Source: Treponema berlinense
GTDB lineage: Bacteria > Spirochaetota > Spirochaetia > Treponematales > Treponemataceae
Direction: 5' to 3' (one strand)
Assembly: GCA_052273165.1 (NCBI GenBank)
Contig: DAVZIU010000004.1
DNA: 64,000 nt
Positions 60,785 through 64,000 of this stretch are shown here, piece after piece (the stretch's first letter is position 1; every line of letters starts with the position of its first letter). The position numbers and the translations under genes were made by a program. The notes below the pieces were generated by a model. That model searched no databases, had not been told where the DNA came from, and was given only the letters and a program-made list of their open reading frames with translations.

Positions 60785-62140
60785 TTAGCTCCACAAAAGC
60801 CAAAGAACGATTGCCGAAGCTGTTGTTGTAATAATAGTAAAACTTCCTCCGACTTTTAACCATTTTGCAAATGACATTGGATAGCCTTCGTTTTTGACGA
60901 TTCCCATGGCCACAACATTTGCGCTTGCTCCAAAAGGAGTGAGGTTTCCGCCAAGACAAGAACCAACGAGCAGAGCAAACATAAAAAGGTCGGCTCCCAT
61001 TCCAAGTCCAGCGCCCATCTGCTGCGCAACAGGAAGCATAACCATAATGTACGGAACGTTGTCTACAAATCCAGAAATCAAAATGCTCACGGCAAGAATT
61101 ACGACAAAGCCCAAAAATTTACTTCCGCCACAGAAGTGAACAAGGAAATTTGCAAATTCTTTTAAAAGCCCTACTCCGCTGATTGCTCCAACGACAACGA
61201 AAATTCCCATCAGGAAGAAAATTGTTTCCCAGTCGAGCTCCTTTATTAAAGTCCAGACTTCGCTTTTGTTTTTTTTCTGGTTTGCAGAATACCACAGAAC
61301 TCCGATTGCAGCCAAAATTATTACAAAAAGTCCAGAAGAAAGGTTCATTAGGCTTTCAGGAACGATTTTTGAAAGGGATGGGCTTGCAAAAGAAAGAGCC
61401 GCCAGTCCAAAAATCATGACGAGCATTAAAGCGGCAGGAAAGGCTGAGAGAACAGGTTCGCTTTGAACAGCGGATTTGTCCTTTAAATGCGCAAATATTA
61501 TATAGAAGAAAATACAGCCTGCAAGAAGACCTGTCTGAACGACAAAGAATATGGAGAGTTTTCCTTCGTGAATAAAAAAGTCGTTAAAATTGTAATTTGC
61601 AACTGCGGCAAAAATCATGCTCGGAGGATCGCCTACAAGGGTTGCTGTTCCTTCGAGATTTGACATGACTGCAAGACCGACCATAAACATTGTCGGGTTC
61701 ATCTTTAATTTTTTACAGAGGCTCAGCGCAATTGGAGCCATAACAAGAACTGTCGCAACGTTTTCGACAAAAATCGAAATAATTCCAGTCATTGCAAGAA
61801 TCAGGACAATTGCAACTCCTGTCGAAGGCGCAATGGAAACAAGCCAGTCGGCAATTTTTGCGGGAACTTTTGAATACAGGAAAAGTGCCGCAATCGTCAT
61901 TGCTCCGACATAAATCATAAGAACGTTCCAGTTAATCAAGGTACCGAAAGCGTTTGTCAAAGCAAAAAGACGTGAAACCTGTCCTTCTGCCGAACCAAAA
62001 ATAACGCCCGGAAAAATCATTCCGAGCACAATGCATAAAATTCCGGCAAATGTCGTAAACCACACTTTTTTGTCTTGAAAGACGATTACAAGCGCGTACA
62101 TTAAGACGGCAAGTGCCAGAATAACCCATTTAAGTTCCAT
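60785..62140 (-). CDS. ArsB/NhaD (ion transporter superfamily) permease
   Basis: ENVATV, ATLVGDPP, DWETIFF, SGFVDNVP, LGGNLTPFGASAN. Confidence 0.85.
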   Translation of the reverse strand: MELKWVILALAVLMYALVIVFQDKKVWFTTFAGILCIVLGMIFPGVIFGSAEGQVSRLFALTNAFGTLINWNVLMIYVGAMTIAALFLYSKVPAKIADWLVSIAPSTGVAIVLILAMTGIISIFVENVATVLVMAPIALSLCKKLKMNPTMFMVGLAVMSNLEGTATLVGDPPSMIFAAVANYNFNDFFIHEGKLSIFFVVQTGLLAGCIFFYIIFAHLKDKSAVQSEPVLSAFPAALMLVMIFGLAALSFASPSLSKIVPESLMNLSSGLFVIILAAIGVLWYSANQKKNKSEVWTLIKELDWETIFFLMGIFVVVGAISGVGLLKEFANFLVHFCGGSKFLGFVVILAVSILISGFVDNVPYIMVMLPVAQQMGAGLGMGADLFMFALLVGSCLGGNLTPFGASANVVAMGIVKNEGYPMSFAKWLKVGGSFTIITTTASAIVLWLLWS

Positions 62141-62259
62141 AAAAAACCCCAATAAAAAAGTAGGATTATTCTAGCAAATTAAGACAACATGGAAAAGCGA
62201 AAAAACGATTAAACAACGGTGCAAAAAAATGTGGAAACTGTGAGTTTTAAAAGAAAAAC

Positions 62260-62345
62260 TTAGCCCGGATCGCCACGGAAAGACCGGACGAGCGAAGCGA
62301 AGGAGGACTTGCAGTAAGAGCCGGTTTGACAAGAAAATGCGCTCC
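62260..62345 (+). repeat. Structured intergenic repeat, family B
   Basis: Near-identical to 20538-20621. Confidence 0.85.
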
Positions 62346-62443
62346 GAATTTTCAAGAATTTTACCTGGCTTTTTGTTCAATTTTGAGCAATAAATTTCTC
62401 CCAATAATAAAAATAATTAACGACAAAATCGCAATTATTGTCA

Positions 62444-62472
62444 TTGAATTCACGGCTCAAAAATACTATAAT
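62444..62472 (+). promoter_or_regulatory. Sigma70-type promoter of pckG
   Basis: TTGAAT-N17-TATAAT. Confidence 0.65.
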
Positions 62473-62508
62473 GCGTTTTAGTTAGATTTTTTTTAAGGAG
62501 ATCTTAGA

Positions 62509-64000
62509 ATGACAGTTAATGACATTAAGAATGCCAAGATTAAGTCTTGGGTTGAAGAATGTGTTAAAATGTGTGAACCTGACCAGGTTGTTGTATGCGA
62601 TGGTTCTACAGCAGAGTATGACCGTCTCGTAAAAATTTGTGTAGACGCTGGTCTTGCTACTCCATTGGCTAAAAAACCTCACAGCTACCTTTTCCGCTCA
62701 GATCCTTCTGACGTAGCACGTGTTGAAAAAAGAACATTCATCGCAGCAAAAACTCAGGAAGCTGCTGGTCCTACAAACAACTGGATCGACCCTGCTGAAC
62801 TCAAAGCAACAATGAAAGGTCTTTACAAAGGATGTATGCACGGACGCACAATGTACGTTATTCCGTTCTGCATGGGACCTCTCGGTTCACCAATCGCAAA
62901 ATACGGTATTGAACTTACAGATTCAGAATATGTTGTTTTGAACATGGACATCATGACTCGTGCCGGCGAAAAAGTTTGGCAGTACATTGATGACAACTTT
63001 ATTCCTTGTCTTCACTCAGTTGGAAAACCACTCAACAATGGCGAAAAAGACAACGGTGTATGGGCTTGCGCTCCAGTTGAACAGAAATACATTTCTCAGT
63101 TCCCAGAAGAACACCTCATCTGGTCTTATGGTTCTGGATACGGTGGAAACGCTCTTCTCGGAAAAAAATGTTTCGCTCTCCGCATTGCTTCAGTTCTCGC
63201 CCGCGAAGAAGGTTGGCTTGCAGAACACATGCTTATTCTTAAGCTCACAAACCCACAGGGCGAAGTTAAATACGTTACAGGTGCTTTCCCATCAGCTTGT
63301 GGAAAAACAAACCTCGCAATGCTTATTCCTACAATTCCTGGCTGGAAAGTTGAAACAGTCGGCGATGATATTGCATGGATGAAATTCGGAAAAGACGGTC
63401 GTCTTTACGCTATCAACCCAGAAGCAGGATTCTTCGGAGTTGCTCCAGGAACTTCTGCTCAGTCTAACAAAAACGCTCTTGAAGCTGCTTCTAAAAACAC
63501 TATCTTCACAAACTGTGCGCTCACAGAAGACGGAGATGTTTGGTGGGAAGGAATCGGCTACCCTGCAAAAGGCAAGCTCGTTGACTGGAAAGGCAACACA
63601 CGCGATGCTCTTCCAAAAGACAAATCACCAAAAGGCGAAGAATTTGCTCATCCAAACGCACGCTTTACAGCACCAGCTAAACAGTGTCCATGTATCGCTT
63701 CTGACTGGGAATCTCCAGAAGGAGTTCCGATTTCTGCAATCCTGTTCGGTGGACGCCGTCCATCAACTGTTCCGCTCGTACACCAGAGCCGCAACTGGAA
63801 CCACGGTGTATTCCTCGGATCTATCGTAGGTTCAGAAATCACAGCCGCTTCTACAATCGATGCTTCTCAGGTTGGAAAAATCCGCCGCGACCCGTTCGCA
63901 ATTCTTCCATTCTGCGGATACAACATGGGCGACTACTTCCAGCACTGGATTGATGTTGGCAACGCTGCAAAAGACAAAGACCTCTTGCCAAAAATCTTCT
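62509..64000 (+). CDS. pckG: GTP-dependent phosphoenolpyruvate carboxykinase (3' end beyond the window; absent from the ORF track)
   Basis: Own translation: MTVNDIK..., [56 protein letters not shown]. Confidence 0.95.
   Translation, partial: MTVNDIKNAKIKSWVEECVKMCEPDQVVVCDGSTAEYDRLVKICVDAGLATPLAKKPHSYLFRSDPSDVARVEKRTFIAAKTQEAAGPTNNWIDPAELKATMKGLYKGCMHGRTMYVIPFCMGPLGSPIAKYGIELTDSEYVVLNMDIMTRAGEKVWQYIDDNFIPCLHSVGKPLNNGEKDNGVWACAPVEQKYISQFPEEHLIWSYGSGYGGNALLGKKCFALRIASVLAREEGWLAEHMLILKLTNPQGEVKYVTGAFPSACGKTNLAMLIPTIPGWKVETVGDDIAWMKFGKDGRLYAINPEAGFFGVAPGTSAQSNKNALEAASKNTIFTNCALTEDGDVWWEGIGYPAKGKLVDWKGNTRDALPKDKSPKGEEFAHPNARFTAPAKQCPCIASDWESPEGVPISAILFGGRRPSTVPLVHQSRNWNHGVFLGSIVGSEITAASTIDASQVGKIRRDPFAILPFCGYNMGDYFQHWIDVGNAAKDKDLLPKIF

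Noticed and set aside
255..62345. CRISPR array or integron attC array as an explanation for the repeats
   Set aside because: The copies are dispersed among housekeeping genes in both orientations, with no regular spacers and no cas or integrase gene.
62960..63842. ORF-track entries 62960-63382, 63440-63829 and 63648-63842
   Set aside because: They are out-of-frame or antisense shadows of pckG, which runs off the window.

Overview
AT-rich bacterial chromosome segment. Gene content and protein style suggest a gut or rumen Treponema-like spirochaete (inference). It is mostly housekeeping and metabolic genes: pflX-like radical SAM, alpha-amylase, a nitrogen cluster (amt-PII fusion, glnA type III, carAB, pyrG), rnhA, two MATE pumps, cysK, thrS, ackA, a glycine-riboswitch-led amino acid symporter, a TRAP-binding protein/chemoreceptor pair, mgtE, a two-component pair, dksA, infA, a MoxR/Bat operon, a VTC/DUF4956/CotH cluster and a partial pckG. 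I found no CRISPR array, rRNA, tRNA, prophage or transposase. The most interesting signals are non-coding or very small. (1) A 24-codon Pro-Pro-Pro leader peptide with mutually exclusive RNA stems lies upstream of mgtE, resembling mgtL. (2) ANTAR-type hexaloop hairpins overlap terminators in the leaders of glnA, amt-PII, carAB and pyrG. (3) A stand-alone structured transcript of about 200 nt has its own promoter and terminator. (4) A 66-aa protein carries two CheY-binding-like helices. (5) Twelve dispersed structured repeats in two related families show covarying stems and c(GNA)g mini-hairpins. (6) Several genes look leaderless. All family assignments come from motif recognition by eye; no searches were run.
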